A stretch of DNA of 64,000 nt from Octopus sinensis (GCF_006345805.1 NC_043001.1:51894001-51958000); one strand, 5' to 3'; counted from the first letter of the stretch, positions 41,492-56,000 are shown. A program made the numbers and translations. Notes: generated by a model from the sequence alone, not told the origin.

Positions 41492-44400
41492 GCCGACTAC
41501 GGCTGCTATAATGGTACGATTATAATTGTAACAGCAATGATGGCCGTCTCCCCACGAGCCAATCAAAGCTTAAAAATGATAACATTATTGTAGCACCAAA
41601 ATGTTTTTGGAAACTAAAAGGAAAACTAAATCAGTATACCAAATCGCTTGTCCTATGGTTAATCTGGAAGCGCGTACCCCAGGGAAGAGCCAGCCTGGGA
41701 TCGAAAAGTCATCAACTGGCACAAACACTTCTCCGAATACGGACATGGATGGTCACTTGAACGGGAAATCCCCCAACTCGAGCCCTCCAAGTTCACCACC
41801 ACAACCATCACAGAAAGAAAAATGTAAGCGGAACAAATGGACCCGAGAAGAGTATAAAGAAGTAATATACGCTTATTACTATGCATTAGGTAGGCCATCT
41901 CAAGAGAGACACACCGCAAACTCTTACAGTATATGGAGAACACGGAATCAAGACAGTAGGCCCTATTTGGACGAGAACAAATTAGCAAATGTGAGGAGGG
42001 ATATCCTTAGAAATAACAGACTCACAGACAGTGAAATAAGCGCGATCAAGCACGCAACGGAAAATGACATAAATATAAGACACAAAGGAAATGAAGAATC
42101 AGATGAACAGTATAGCCCGCCACGAGGCTTAATTGAAAGACTGCCATCTGACCAAAGTACGCAAAGGCCTGAAGATACAAGAAATTCTATTGTACCTGCT
42201 AAAGATAGCCAGGAAAACGAAAAAACAACAGTAACTGAAGATCTCGCATTTGCTGAAGAATACAGAGAGTCTATGGCAGAAATGAGGCAGAAAATCCTGA
42301 ATACGCTTGAATTTGTAAGACATACAAGTATGAATGATAGAGAACCACTTCATAAACTCTCAAATACAAACCAAAATAAAAAACAAATCCAAATTGGCAA
42401 CTATGTAACAAATGAAATAATACGAGAATTAAAACCTGATTTTACTGAGTTAAATGAAATTATTTACGCTTCTGCTAGGGCAATTGAAACCAGCTGTATG
42501 CCCCCGAAAAAACAAAGAAAACAAAACCTGGGAAGAAATCAAACCTGGAGAAGTAAAATTGAAAAAGAGATTGAATTTATGAGAGGGGAAATATCAATAT
42601 TAAATGAACTAATATGTGGAAATGATGTAAGATCCAGAACAGGAAGAAAGATGAAGAGAAAATTTGGATCCTCACCAAGAGAAGAACTGATATCAATAAA
42701 AGAAACGCTGAAACAAAAAGTCCAAGCAAAAGCCCAAAGAATACGAAGATTTGAGAAGAGAAACAAGTTTTACAAGCAAAATAAGCTGTTCACATCCAAT
42801 GCCAAAAAATTCTACAGAGAAATAGGGAAGGAGAAAGTAACCGTTAAAGACCCCCCTCCCATGGAAGAAGTTCAAAACTTTTGGAAGAGGATTTGGAATG
42901 ACAAGAAGACGTACAACATAAATGCAGACTGGATTATACAAACTGAACGATCCTACCAAAATTTACAACAAGCATGGGAGGACATCACAATATCAGACCT
43001 AAGAAAGGCACTCACGAAGGCCCATAATTGGAAATCCCCCGGTAAAGATAGGGTGCCGAATTTCTGGCTCGCATCGCTCCCATGCGCACACGGTAAGCTA
43101 GTTCAGCTGCTCAATGGAATTATGAGAGACCCAAAGGAAACACCTGAATGGTTAGCAAGTGGCATTACTTACCTACTCCCAAAGAATAACGAAACCAACC
43201 TTCCAAAAAACTATCGGCCTATAACCTGTCTATCCACCACGTATAAAATCCTAACATCTATCCTGGCGGAGAAAACATATGCATTCATGGAGAAGAACGA
43301 TATTTTCCCCATTGAACAAAAAGGGTGCCGCCGAGGCTCTTACGGATGCAAAGATCAACTGCTAATCAATCGTATGATCCTTGAGAACTGTCACAACAAG
43401 CGCAGAAATCTCAGCACCGCATGGATTGACTATAAAAAGGCCTTCGACAGTATACCGCATCCATGGATCTTGAGATCGCTGGACATCTTCAAAATTTCCC
43501 CTGTGATTTCAAACTTCCTGAAGCACAATATGTCGTTGTGGAATACGAATCTCCAATTATACCACTCTAATGGAGTACTTGCCTCAGAAAATATAAACAT
43601 CAACTGTGGAATTTTTCAAGGTGACTCACTTTCACCTTTAATATTCTGCATAGCCCTAATACCCCTTACAAGTGAATTAAACAGAACAGGGTATGGGTAT
43701 AAAATTGCCAATAAAAAAATAAGCCATCTATTTTATATGGATGACTTAAAACTGTATGGTAAAGACAATAATGAACTTGAAGGCCTATTGCGCACCGTGA
43801 AAGCATTCAGCGATAACATCGGGATGGAGTTTGGACTTGAGAAGTGTGCCAAGGCCACTTTCCAGAAAGGGAAAGTGAAGACCACAAATTCAGTCGTGTT
43901 AGATGTTGACACAGTCATAAGAGAGCTTGAGCAAGAACAAACATACAAATATTTAGGGATAAATGAAGGCTCTGGTATTCAGCATGCAAGCATGAAAGAG
44001 AAGATCAGGAAGGAATGTTATAGGAGAGTTCGTGCAGTCCTGAAATCTGAACTAAATGCACGTAACAAGGTGTTAGCTATAAATTCCTTAGCAGTTCCAG
44101 TTGTTACTTATAGCTACAATGTGTTGAACTGGAATATGAGTGAAGTAAAGAATATAGATAGGAAAATACGCAAGCTGCTGAGTTGTAATAGGATGCACCA
44201 CCCAAAGGCAGACGTAGATCGCCTTTACCTTCCCAGAGCCCAAGGAGGTCGAGGCCTGATCCAATTTGAACTAGCTTACAAAACAACCACAATTGAACTG
44301 GCCAAATATCTTGAAATATCGAATGACTGGATGCTAAAGCTCGTGGAAAATCACGAGAGACGAAAGAAGCTTCATTCTATCATAAAGGAAAGCAAAGAAA

Positions 44401-45454
44401 TTGCTATTGATCTCGTGCAGGATACCCAAACTGAACAACCCGAGGGAAGTACGGCAACTATTGTTGCAAAGAAGGTGAAAATGATGGCAATGAAAAAAGC
44501 GCACGAGCAATTGGCTGATAGGTGGGAGGAGAAACCTCTGCACGGCAAATATGTGACCCGCAGCAAACAAGCTGATGTTGATCAGAAGCAAACTCATCAG
44601 TGGCTACGGAGCTCAGGGCTAAAAGCAGAGAGCGAAGGTTTCATCCTGGCTGCTCAAGATCAAAGCCTATTAACCCGGAACTACCAGGCCAATGTGATGA
44701 AAAATGGAGCAGACCCAAAATGCCGATTCTGCAACGACATGATTGAAACAGTGGACCACCTAATCTCTGGATGTAAAGTCTTAGCACCAGTGGAGTATAA
44801 ATTAAGGCATGACAGAGTTGGCCAATATCTCCACTGGCTAATAAGTCGGCATTACAATATCAAAACTGCCGACAAGTGGTATAATCACCACCCTGAGGCT
44901 GTAACTGAAGGAGAAAATGTAACGATTCTGTGGGACTTTCCAGTACATACAGACCGAACCATCAAGGCCAATAAACCAGATATTGTTGTGAAAGACCAAA
45001 ACAATAAAGTTTGCTTATTGATCGACATGAGCATCCCCTGTGATCATAATATCTCAGCGAAAGAGTTTGACAAGCTCAGAAAATAAAAGACCTACTCATT
45101 GAAATTGAGAAAATGTGGCATCTCAAGGCGGTTACAATACCAGTGATCGTAGGAGCACTAGGAATGATCAAGAAGGGAACCGAAAATTATATGAGAATGA
45201 TCCCTGGCTTACCATCCCTGCAAGAAGTGCAAAAGATTGTCTTAACTGGTACATCACACGTATTGAGAAGAGCATTGTCGATGTGAGAACTGTTGCTGCT
45301 CATGTATTTTAATTTAACTTAAAAAAAAAAAAAATGAATGAACTATTGAGTTTGGTTTAATGGCCTACCAATGTATACTATGAGTTTCTTTGCCCTAGGA
45401 GTCGGGAAGACACCCGGCAAGAAATGGAAGCAAATTTGAAAGAAGAAAAAAAAA

Positions 45455-45455
<1 letters not shown>
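41492..45455 (+). mobile_element. R4/Dong-clade RLE non-LTR retrotransposon, near full length, inserted in a (TAA)n tract
   Basis: Single long ORF with RT, CCHC and PD-(D/E)xK-type endonuclease. 5' flank ends ...aacaataataa; 3' end ...gaaagaagaaaaaaaaag is followed directly by (taa)n from 45456. Dong elements are known to target TAA repeats. The clade call rests on motif recognition, not a tree. Confidence 0.88.
41601..45286 (+). CDS. Retrotransposon polyprotein (N-terminal Myb-like region, reverse transcriptase, zinc knuckle, restriction-like endonuclease); 1161-aa ORF plus 1-bp frameshift at ~45085
   Basis: Motifs KWTREE, KSPGKD, NYRPITCL, EQKGC, AWIDYKKAFDSIPH, GIFQGDSLSP, YMDDLKLY, YKYLG, CRFC..ETVDHLISGC, RHD, ILWD, KPDIVV..LIDMSIP. 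After aga aaa ta(a), restoring one base gives YKDLLIEIEKMWHLK..PVIVGALG..HVLRRALSM, stop 45284-45286. Start codon uncertain (41601, 41655 or later). Confidence 0.9.
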
Positions 45456-45496
<41 letters not shown>

Positions 45497-46733
45497 TAAT
45501 AATAATAACAACAACAATATTAATACCAACAACAACAACAACAACAACAACAGCAACAACAACAACACAACAACAACACAACAACAACAACAACAACAAC
45601 AACAACACAACAACACAACAACAACACAACAACAACAACAACAACAATCCTCGATATGGCAAAGGCCTAAAATGTTTCGAGATGGGCGGGTGATTTATTA
45701 ATCAAACCCAGTACTTAACTTGTACTTCATTTTTGAATGATTGCAAAGGATGAAAGCCAAAGATGACCTCTATGGAGAGAATATAGTTAAATGCAGGTCA
45801 ACTTATTTAATCAGCTTAGTGAATCAAAAAAGGAATTGTTCTGTAAGAAGATGAATGTTTTCAGACTGTTTCTCACCCAACAAAGCCCCTTGGAATTGCA
45901 TGTATCACAACAAAGCTTGGTTATATTTTCCATGTTTCTCCTTGTATATATTGTTTGACTTTTGTATACTAAATGTGTATAAATTGCATGTTGGTACATG
46001 TCAGTTCTTTCAAAACGAATTGTACAAGTCAACAAATAAATATCCATTAATATTATGCTCTTAAAATGAGCGTAATATTAATGATATATAATAAATTGGG
46101 TAAGGCAATCTTATGTAAATTGCATCTGAAAAGAATAAGAAGGCATGAAGCTTTGCCTCAGCTGGAATGTTTATTAATCAGGGATCACCAAAATCAGGGA
46201 TCACCTGAGAACAAACAACAACAAAAGAAGAAGAGCAACAATAACAACAACAACAACAACAACAACAAAAGCAGCAGCAAATGCAAACACAACAACAACA
46301 ACCCCTACCACTACCACTACCACAGCAACAACAACCACAAGAATATGAACTTCTATGCAGATCATAAAAATACATTTCTCAATAACATTCTGCCTCATGT
46401 TTTACATGAAAGAAAACAAAAATAAAACAGAAAAGCAAAAAGTATGATTGCATGTCTTTTCTTTTAAAGAGGAGACAAATGATAATTATATTTGGCTGTC
46501 TTTGATTGCGGAATAATATTTAAATGCATCCAACTTTGCAAGAGTTAGATATGCAAAAATGTCAAGAAAAAAAAAACCCCAAAAAACTCAGAAACAAAAC
46601 AAAAACAGAAAAAAAGCCCAACTTGCTGAAAGAAATCCTGATCACTTCATAGTTTGTTGTGATACACTTGAATAAATTGAATTACAGCAAACTATAAAGT
46701 TTATTCTCTTGCTTTTATTTTTCACATAAATAC

Positions 46734-46751
46734 TATGTGTGTGTGTATGTG

Positions 46752-46796
<45 letters not shown>

Positions 46797-46917
46797 ATAA
46801 ATACATATATACCTATGTATATATCTATTTATATATATATGTATATATACATATATATATGTGTGTGTGTGTGTATACATATATATGTACATATACATGC
46901 ATATACATAAACACATA

Positions 46918-46971
<54 letters not shown>

Positions 46972-47144
46972 ATATATATACATATATATATACATATATA
47001 CATAGATATTTATACATATATACATACATGTACACATATATACATATATATATATATAGATATATATATATATATACATATATACATATTCATATGTACA
47101 TTTGTGCATATATACATATATGCATATATACGTATATATGCATA

Positions 47145-47214
<70 letters not shown>

Positions 47215-47409
47215 CATATATATATATATGTACACACACACACATAAATATATACTTGTGTGTATAATATATGATGTAATATAATATATATACATATATA
47301 ATATACTGCAATATATATTTATATATATAAATATATATATTCATATACATGGACTATATATATATATGCATATATATATGTATATATATATAAATCTATA
47401 TATGTATGT

Positions 47410-47463
<54 letters not shown>

Positions 47464-47612
47464 ATATAAGTATATATGTATATATATATATAGATATATA
47501 TATATATGTATATATATATGTATATACATATATATATATATGTAGATGTGTATATATATATACATATGCATACATACATACATATATATATATACGTACA
47601 TAAATAAATATG
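46734..47612. repeat. ~880-bp degenerate (TG)n/(TA)n/(TACA)n tract
   Basis: Direct reading; source of many spurious ORFs. Confidence 0.95.
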
Positions 47613-48288
47613 TATACATAAATAAAGGGGCGGGAAGAAAATGACAAAACTTACTTCCATTATTGCATTTTCAGTGAATGAAAAATCTTATTTTCTTCCA
47701 TACTTTGTCAATTTTGTGTCTTTGGAAACTTTTCTAATTTGATTTTACAATTCAATTCAAGCATCGCTTCAGCCTCTTCTTGTTGATTCCGCAAACTTAT
47801 TTGACAAGAACTTGATAAGAAAGAAAACAAGAGCACAAAGTATAAAATACAACTTTTGTGTCAAGTAAATGAATATGAATATTTGATTGTTTACATGAAT
47901 TTACTGATGTACTATAATTTTTACAAAGACAGGCATACTACTCACATACCTAGAGAGGTGTGCATATATGTACATATATACAATACTATATAGATATGTG
48001 CATGCATATATAAGTGCATATATATGCATGTACATACACACACACATATGCACACTCACATACATGCACACACACACACACACACATGTATGTGTATATG
48101 TATATAGTAAACAGATGAGATCCAGAAATGCTCAATATAAAAAACACTTAGTAGTGCTCAAATGATTTGAACTTGCACTCCAAAATCTTTACCGGGGGCT
48201 AAGTCTGTGGGGTAAAGAGTATATAAGTATACGTACACACACACACACACATAAACACAGACACACACAGACACACACACACACACAC

Positions 48289-48355
<67 letters not shown>

Positions 48356-49160
48356 CTGTCGTTCAAGTTAATACTTGTAATTTTCTGTTGTTGCAGTGTT
48401 AATGTATGTTTTGCTGTGAGCTAAGCTGAGATATGAATTTTAAAATGAATTTCCTTTAATTGTTGCACATTGCTGGAACTGTTGTGCTCTTCTAATGCTT
48501 TAAGAAATACGGTAAAATAGTGTTTCTGAATTTGTTCATAAATCAATACCTAACTCTCTCTCTCCCTCTCTCTCTCTCTCTCTTTCTCTCTCTGTTATCA
48601 CACGTTTATGCAAAGACCAAAAACCAGAATCACTGGTGCGTGATTTAAGGCCAATTTAGCTATTATTTTTTTAGCACATCTCACGACCACCTCATACCTC
48701 ATGTGTTTTAAGCAATTCATAAGCGAAAAATGACCTCGTGGGTAACAGCTTGGTAACAGCTTGGATTGTTGCTAAAGAAATAGTCACCTATAAGTTTGTG
48801 ACTTCCGATTGGCTAAAATTACCCAAAATTTGCAAACTTTAAAAGCTATTAACTTTTTATTTATTGAGTTACGTCGAAAATGAACTCCATGTCAATGATT
48901 ACCATATAAAACTGCACCAATACACCAAATATGAAGTCACTTGGAACAAAAATTGAAGAAACTGAAAATTAGCAGGCAAACAGAAAATGTTCCAATGTAG
49001 TTAAAGAAAAACAAAGCATGTGATCACTGCTGGAATAAGTTTATTTTCCTGATCTACCAAAGCTGACCCGTAGTTAAACAACAACAGCGACAATAGTAGC
49101 AGCAGCAGTAACCACAGCATCATCTTCATCAGCAACAGCAACAATTTACACTATCACCTC

Positions 49161-49201
<41 letters not shown>

Positions 49202-49554
49202 AAAGTCAGAGCAATTGCTTTATGGCTATCCTCTTTCTTTTCAAATTCAAGTTTCTCAAGTCAGCGTTACTTTATTCTTAAAAAATGTATCATATAATTG
49301 CCTGTAATATAGTAGGGCGAAGTTAATCTTTTACACGCCAACGCAGTAATAAAATAAGAGAAAAACGTTGGCGTGTGCAACTGGTATGTAAAGGACTCAA
49401 TACTAATTTTATTTCGTATTTGGATACAACCATTTTGGCGTGTGCTTCTAATGCCCTTGAAAATGTAACGGAAAGCCTTATCACCCTATTCCACCTCTTC
49501 ACAAGGTTTTAAACTTCAAACAAACTATAATAATTTCATCTTGTAAGATATGAT

Positions 49555-50533
49555 GTTTTAATAATATCAAGGAATGTCATGCCGAGTCTTGCACGGAAAC
49601 GGAGCTACGGATAAACTCGAAGTAAAAACAGGTGTTCGACAGGGCTGTATAGTTTCTCCCTTTTTATTTCTACTGGTTATAGATTGAATTATAGGCATTG
49701 GATGGACGGATCCGGAAGCTCTAGAAGATCTCGACTTTGCAGATGTTATAGCGCTACTTTCACAAACATATAGCCAAATGCAAAATAAAACGTCAAAATT
49801 AGAAGAAATAGCTGGCAAACTAGGATTGAAAGTCAACCGTAACAAATCAAAAATTATGCGCGTTAAAGAAGAAAACAGCGAATGTATTAAACTAGAAACC
49901 GGTGAACTAGAGGATGTAGCCGAGTTTATGTATTTAGGTAGTAAGATAACGTTTTCAGGCGGCACCGACGAAGATATTAAGACGATAATAAGTAAGGCAA
50001 GGACCGCTTTTCACCTGTTAAAGAAAGTATGGAGCGCAAGTGTAATTTCAATAAAGAACAAAATAAGAATTTTTAACACTAACGTAAAAGCGATGTTATT
50101 GTATGGGGCTGAGACATGGCGAACAACACTTAAGTCAAATAAGCAAATACAATCATTCATCAACTGATGCTTGCGTAGTATACTTAAAATTAGATGGCCC
50201 GAACACATAAGCAATATGGAGCTATGGCAAAGAACAAATCAAATTTCGATCAGGGAGCAAATATTTAAGAAAATTTAAGAAAAAGTGGAAGTGGATTAGT
50301 AGCACAATTAGAAAAGACACACCAAATGTAGCGAAAAGTGTTTTACAGTGTAAACCGGGTGGATATAGAAAGCGAGGTAGGCCTAAGAACTCGTGGTGTA
50401 GATCAACACAAAAGGAACTAGAGAAAGGGGACATTCATGGCAGAATATAAGTACAGAAGCGAAAAATTATGTGACATGGAATTCAATTATAAGTGGCCTA
50501 TACTCCGCGTTGGAGGGTTAAAGGCATAAAAAA
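49555..50533 (+). mobile_element. 5'-truncated RTE-clade LINE (RT C-terminal part)
   Basis: GVRQGCI.SPFLF, LEDLDFAD, GLKVNRNKSK, FMYLGS, LLYGAETW, CLRSILKIRW, RKRGRPKNSW. Candidate TSD aagatatgat at 49545-49554 and 50534-50543. Confidence 0.85.
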
Positions 50534-50619
50534 AAGATATGATTATGTATTGCAAACCAACGCTGAAAGTACAGTAACAAGGCAGCGTCTTCGTGTTTGT
50601 TTCACTTGCTTGTAATACT

Positions 50620-50775
50620 GATTTCAACTTTTGGCATAAGGCCAGCAATTCAGGGAGAGGGTTATGTCGACTACATCGACTCCAATGGTCAACTGGTACT
50701 TATTTTATCGATCCCGAAGGGACGAAAGGCAAAGCCGACCCCAGTGGCATATGAATACAGAACGTAAAGACGGAC
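50620..50775 (-). mobile_element. SINE family 1 (tail C), partial
   Basis: Core and tail homology. Confidence 0.7.
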
Positions 50776-50849
50776 ATGGTGGATCAATCTCAAAGCAAAT
50801 TCGACTTTCCATGTCTATTATTGTAATATGTAGCTTATATTCTATCTTT

Positions 50850-51260
50850 TTATCCATTTGAATTGGGTAATCCCACAAAATCTTGCATGTTTCTAACTCA
50901 AGTACACTTTCTCCCTGATGATTGCACCATGCACTTCCTGTTTCAAACCCCTATTTCTGACAAAGCCTCTAGTGTAGAACATGTACAAGTTCATCATGCT
51001 CCTTTTCTTACCTGGGCCAACTTGGGGTATTCTGCAACAATATATACCATTGTTTTATACCAAATTCCACATGTTCTACATTTTATCGACACCTCCTCCC
51101 TTTACACATATTTTCTGAAATTGCTTGTTTGCATCGCGTAATCTTGAGCTGCAAAAATGGTCCGAGTAAATGGACCTACTCTAAGCATATTGCTGTAGGC
51201 TGGAATTTACGTAGAAGAGAGGAACAGTTCGTTAGCTGTCCCTGGGTTGCACTTCCCACT
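50850..51260 (-). pseudogene. R4/Dong-like CCHC/RLE fragment
   Basis: Manual minus-strand translation with frameshifts: IFAAQDYAMQT, KCRTCG..TMVYIVAEYPKLAQ, HDELVHVLH.RLCQK.GF..AWYNHQGESVLE..CKILWDYPIQ. Confidence 0.7.
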
Positions 51261-52031
51261 TGGTGAATTTTATTGACAATTGTTAATATTTTAGAGATTA
51301 TTTACTTGTGTTGTATGCTACCTTGCTACTGACCCTCATCCTTTTGTTTTGGTTTTGCGTGCAGCTCTTGTACAATGAGTACTTTTTACGATCCTAACGT
51401 ATATGATTTTTACAACACATAATCTTGTATCTTATATTTAGCTGCAGCTGAGTCCTAACTCAGTTGTCCTATGATCAAAGGTATTCTTACCATGGCCACC
51501 TCGTATTACCTCTAGATTTTGTGCATCTAGGATATTACCTAACATGTTTCCGTTTTAATTTTAAGATACATGATGTGATTTGAAGTTGGTTGCTATTTCT
51601 AGCAACTACTTGGAGAAAGACACCCTTGTTAGCTTTTGTTTGGCTCTCGTTATATTTATGTATTGATGTTTAATTAAGGGAGCAAAGTTCTCGTTTAATT
51701 TGATTGTTCAAGTTTTCAGTTTCTGACAGAAACGAGTTAGTTGGAAGAAGGACAATATTTTAAAGAGATTAATAGTAATTAATGTTTAGTCTTGTGATTT
51801 ATAAACTGCATGACATTGCCAGAACTCCTCACCTAAATATGCATTGTCTTGGGAAATGTTTCCTCATGACATTTAAATAATTGTTTTAATCTTAACAGAC
51901 GGAAAGCACAGTACATTTTAATAGAGGAAGATGCAAAAAAAAAAAAGAAAAAGAAAACCAGTTTTGCATTTGGCTTTCAATAAATTTCAGTCTAATAAAC
52001 AATTATTGTTATTACAGCTTCTTCTTAGAGT

Positions 52032-52123
52032 CTTCTTCTTCTTCTTCTTCTTCTTCTTCTTCTTCTTCTTCTTCTTCTTCTTCTTCTTCTTCTTCTTCTT
52101 CTTCTTCTTCTTCTTCTTCTTCT
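52032..52123. repeat. (TTC)n microsatellite
   Basis: Direct reading. Confidence 0.95.
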
Positions 52124-52833
52124 TTATTAATATTCTGCTTCCATTCCATTATCTAATAATTATCCTCTTGCTTCGTTCCTCTCTCTTCTCTTTCCATCTG
52201 TCCTTACTCTCTCTCGCTAAGTGCCTCCTTCTCTCTCTCTCTCTTCTCGCTAATTGCTGCTTCATCTTCCTCCTACACTAATTGCATTCTATTCCATTAC
52301 TATCACTACTGTACACTTCCTGTCAAACTCTCTCCTTCCCAACATCGTTTGACTTTTGGAAACAATTAGGGCCCCTTTAACCCTGTTAGATGAAGGTTCA
52401 GTTACACTTAACATTTAGAAAATTATGGAAGTTATAGAAAGTAACAATCTTTTGTTTTCTCCAATACATTTAAAAGAAACATGGTAAAAGTGACCAGAAA
52501 CTGTTACTCAACCAATGCGTAGCCTAGTGGGTAAGGTATTACATTCACGATCGGTAAGTCTTGGGTTCGATTCCAGGATTTGGTAGCATGTAGTTTCCTT
52601 GAAGAAAATACTTCATTTCATGTAGCTCCAGCTGACGCAGCTGAAAACGAGAAGCAGCCGCAGAGGTTAACAACGCAACGGACTTGAGTCCTGTCGAGTG
52701 GGGTGAGTGCTGTTCCTCCCCAGTTGCGTATCAGCCTTGAGAAGTCAAGATATATTCCGGTGCAATGAGTCTGCAGAATTGAGGCACACCACCATTATCA
52801 ATACACGTTCGCATGCACACAAGCAGACACATA

Positions 52834-53048
52834 CAGGAGTGCTAAAAAGTTCCCAGCTTTAAGGGTATCACGAAACACTTTTTTGGAGGCCTAACTTACC
52901 AAGTTCTTGCACAGTGCTTAGAAAAAAATGAAAGACCGCAGCAATAAGTGTGTGAATCTGAGAGGGGTTTACTGAGAATAAAATCCTAATTAACTGATCT
53001 GCCTGTATTTTATTTTATTAAAAACCAGGAACTTTCAGCATCCCCTCG
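52834..53048 (+). mobile_element. Mariner-derived MITE
   Basis: TA-flanked imperfect TIRs caggagtgctaaaaagttcc / ggaactttcagcatcccctcg; retains the transposase C-terminal remnant NKCVNLRG.Y.E. Confidence 0.75.
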
Positions 53049-56000
53049 TACACTCGTGTACAAAAACAACAACAACATGAAGAATATCAATATTGGGAAA
53101 CAACGCGAGAGCCTTTACGTATTGGGTTGTCGTGCTAGAAATAACAACCAAATCTCTTTCAAATTGTATTCCATCATTGTATAAATGAAAGGCATACATT
53201 AGATAATGTACTCTTTGATATGTTGCTAAAAGACGGGAAAGTCAAGGCTGGAATACTATTGATCATAAGTCAGCTCGATCAGGAGGTGACCCGGGGCTAA
53301 ACAACATAAGTAACACCACCAATAGTTTCACTTAATTGTCTCTTGTATATAGAAGTGTTTTGAGATATAATTAATATGGATGTGTGTTGAAGTAGTTTGA
53401 TTTGCAACCACATGGTTCTAGGCTTGATCCAGCAGTATATTTCCCTCCTTGCATAGCCAAAGCTGAGCAATGCCCTTTGAATAAAATTTAGTAGTCATGC
53501 AGAATTCTGTCAGTTATATATATAACGATGGCTTATCCAGTCGAAACTTCGAAGTCATTATCAACAACATTCTTGTATAAAAACAATTTATATATGTTCA
53601 ACATTATGTGTTAACATAATTGCACCATTCTGGAAGTTTCTTAGTTAATTTTACTTTTTATGTTAGCATCAAATTTTGTTCAGATGTTTATTATTACTTA
53701 TGTGTCATAGGTCTTTCATATTTTGCAAGAAAATATTTTTTTACTGTCAAGTGTTCTTTCAATGAAAACCGCAAAGAGAAATAACATACATATTTGTCAG
53801 AACCATGGTATAAGCGACTCCTAAGTTTTCCCCTTGGCATATCGCTCATCATCCCGCAGACAAGTACAATAAAGTCTGCTTCAAGCTTACAGGTTTATGA
53901 GGCCAGAGTTTTCCAGATTTTGATGGGCTGGGAGTACAAGATATTTCCTTGAACGGGACTTCAGTGTATAGGGGAGTTAATCTCCGGGCGGCACTGGTAC
54001 TCGTTTTCAGCCGAGTAAACAAGAGCAATATAAAGTGAAGTACCCTACTTAAAGACACAATGCACCACCCAGTATCAGAATGAAATCCATAACCTACCAA
54101 TGGCGTTCCCACCTTCAAAATCTCATCCACTAGGGCATGTACCTTCAACGTACACAGCCAAAGTCACCTTGAAACTTTCAAAAGGTTACCCAGAAGTTTT
54201 ACTTTCGTTGTTCAGCGAGATAACACAACTTACAACGCCTGGTAGAAATCAGTCAACATCACTAATTGGGATTGCAAACTTACTGGATGACTGTTATGAA
54301 AAATAATGTTACTATCGTTCCTCGTGCGGCCCCTCAATTTGTGGCTTCGTCTTCTGATCCAAGATTGTTTCGAGTAACTTTCCAGAATTTTCCTAGACGC
54401 TACTAATCAATCCAGATGGCTTCATGTATTACTTCCTGCATATAAATTGTTTAAATTTACTATTTAGTTTGCTTTTAAACCCGTACTGCTTACTCGGAAT
54501 AAGATTCCTCCAAGACTTTCATCAATATTCCACTTATGCCACCAGAACATACAATTCAGTTTTTAAAACTACGACACTCATGAATTTTCTGTGTCCACGT
54601 TTCCCTCCGAAACTATCAATGAACTCACTCAACTCCCTGCCGAGCAACACCTGCATCGTTTATATTAACCTGAAATGGGAAAGGAGGCTTTGATTGATGC
54701 TCATCTTATCCGTTCCTTCTTCCCTTCGACCAAAACACACACACACACGCACACACACACATGTTTGCACATAGTATAATCGTTATTCTGAAAGCTAAGC
54801 AAACTTGTTTAGAAGACATTAAAAAAGTTTTAAATATCAGTCTAGTTGTTAACTTCCTGCTAGGAACCACTGTAATTGCATTTAATTGTGGGATATTTAT
54901 TGGTAGTCTCTCTTTCACTATGTTCAGGTTATATGTTCATAGGAAAATTAGAATGAGAAGAAAAATAATTTGTAGGGCAAACTGCGCTGTTGAATTTTCA
55001 TGAGCACTAGTTTTCTTAAATATTTTTCGCACCTCTTTTCTTAGGTTTTACTTTTGCTTCACTGTTTTCTTGTTCTCTTTCTTCTCAAGATAAATGACAT
55101 TTGTTAATCAAAGCAACTACAACATTGGTAACAATTCTGTCGTCAAAACAGAAATAGGGAGAAAAAAATTTACGGACACAGTAGTCGGAGAGGTGTCTTT
55201 TTTGTGGGATTAACTTTAAATTCTGGTGTGACGTGGGAGGTAAATCAAAAGGTATGATCTTGGCGTAGTGAAGACCAGGAGTCAAAATTGATTCACCTTA
55301 TGATAGGAATACAGGTTCCAACTTTGTATTTTCCTATCTCTTGAAATATAGGATTTGTGTTACTTGTCAAATAGAAACTCATGTTTTTAAACCTTGAATA
55401 TCATGTGAATCGAGTCTGTAGCACAGTTTTGACGCTGTCTTTGGAAAATCTTTAATGCCATGCGATATAATTCCTGGTCTACTGCAAACGTATCAAATTA
55501 TCCCGAATATACTGAAGTCTGTATATCTAAACAAGATGACAATTTCGAACAAAATTCGTTATCAAAGAGCAGAATTGCTCATGTAGAAGTCAATCCCACT
55601 GGTTTAATAAAAGTTCTAATTACAGTCAAAGATATATAGACAGGGTAAGACTAGTAGCATATATTCAACAAATGGATCAGAGCGTATGTTCCGATGCTCG
55701 AGCACTTAGTATTTGCCAATATTAGGACATTTGTTTCTTCTTGATATACAGTCTGCTAGCTTGGTATTCGAGCCAAAGAATAAGCTACCATTTCTTTTGT
55801 ACTTTACTTTTAGTATTTTATTCACAGGGAATATTCAATATGAACTTTATCTTCTAAAATGCTTTAAGAATGTTAAGTCAAGAGGAACGAACAAACGCTT
55901 CCACAGCTTATAGTTTTCGTATTTAAAAACAAATTTTCTTTTGCAATGTAACAACTTTGAACATGTGTAATCACCGAATAACATAATTCTAGATTTACTA

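Noticed and set aside
41659-44597. Minus-strand ORFs overlapping the retrotransposon ORF
   Set aside because: Antisense shadow frames of a long CDS, with no motifs.
49313-49488. hAT-type MITE (tagggcga / tcacccta)
   Set aside because: Only an 8-bp imperfect inverted repeat, and the flanks give no 8-bp TSD.
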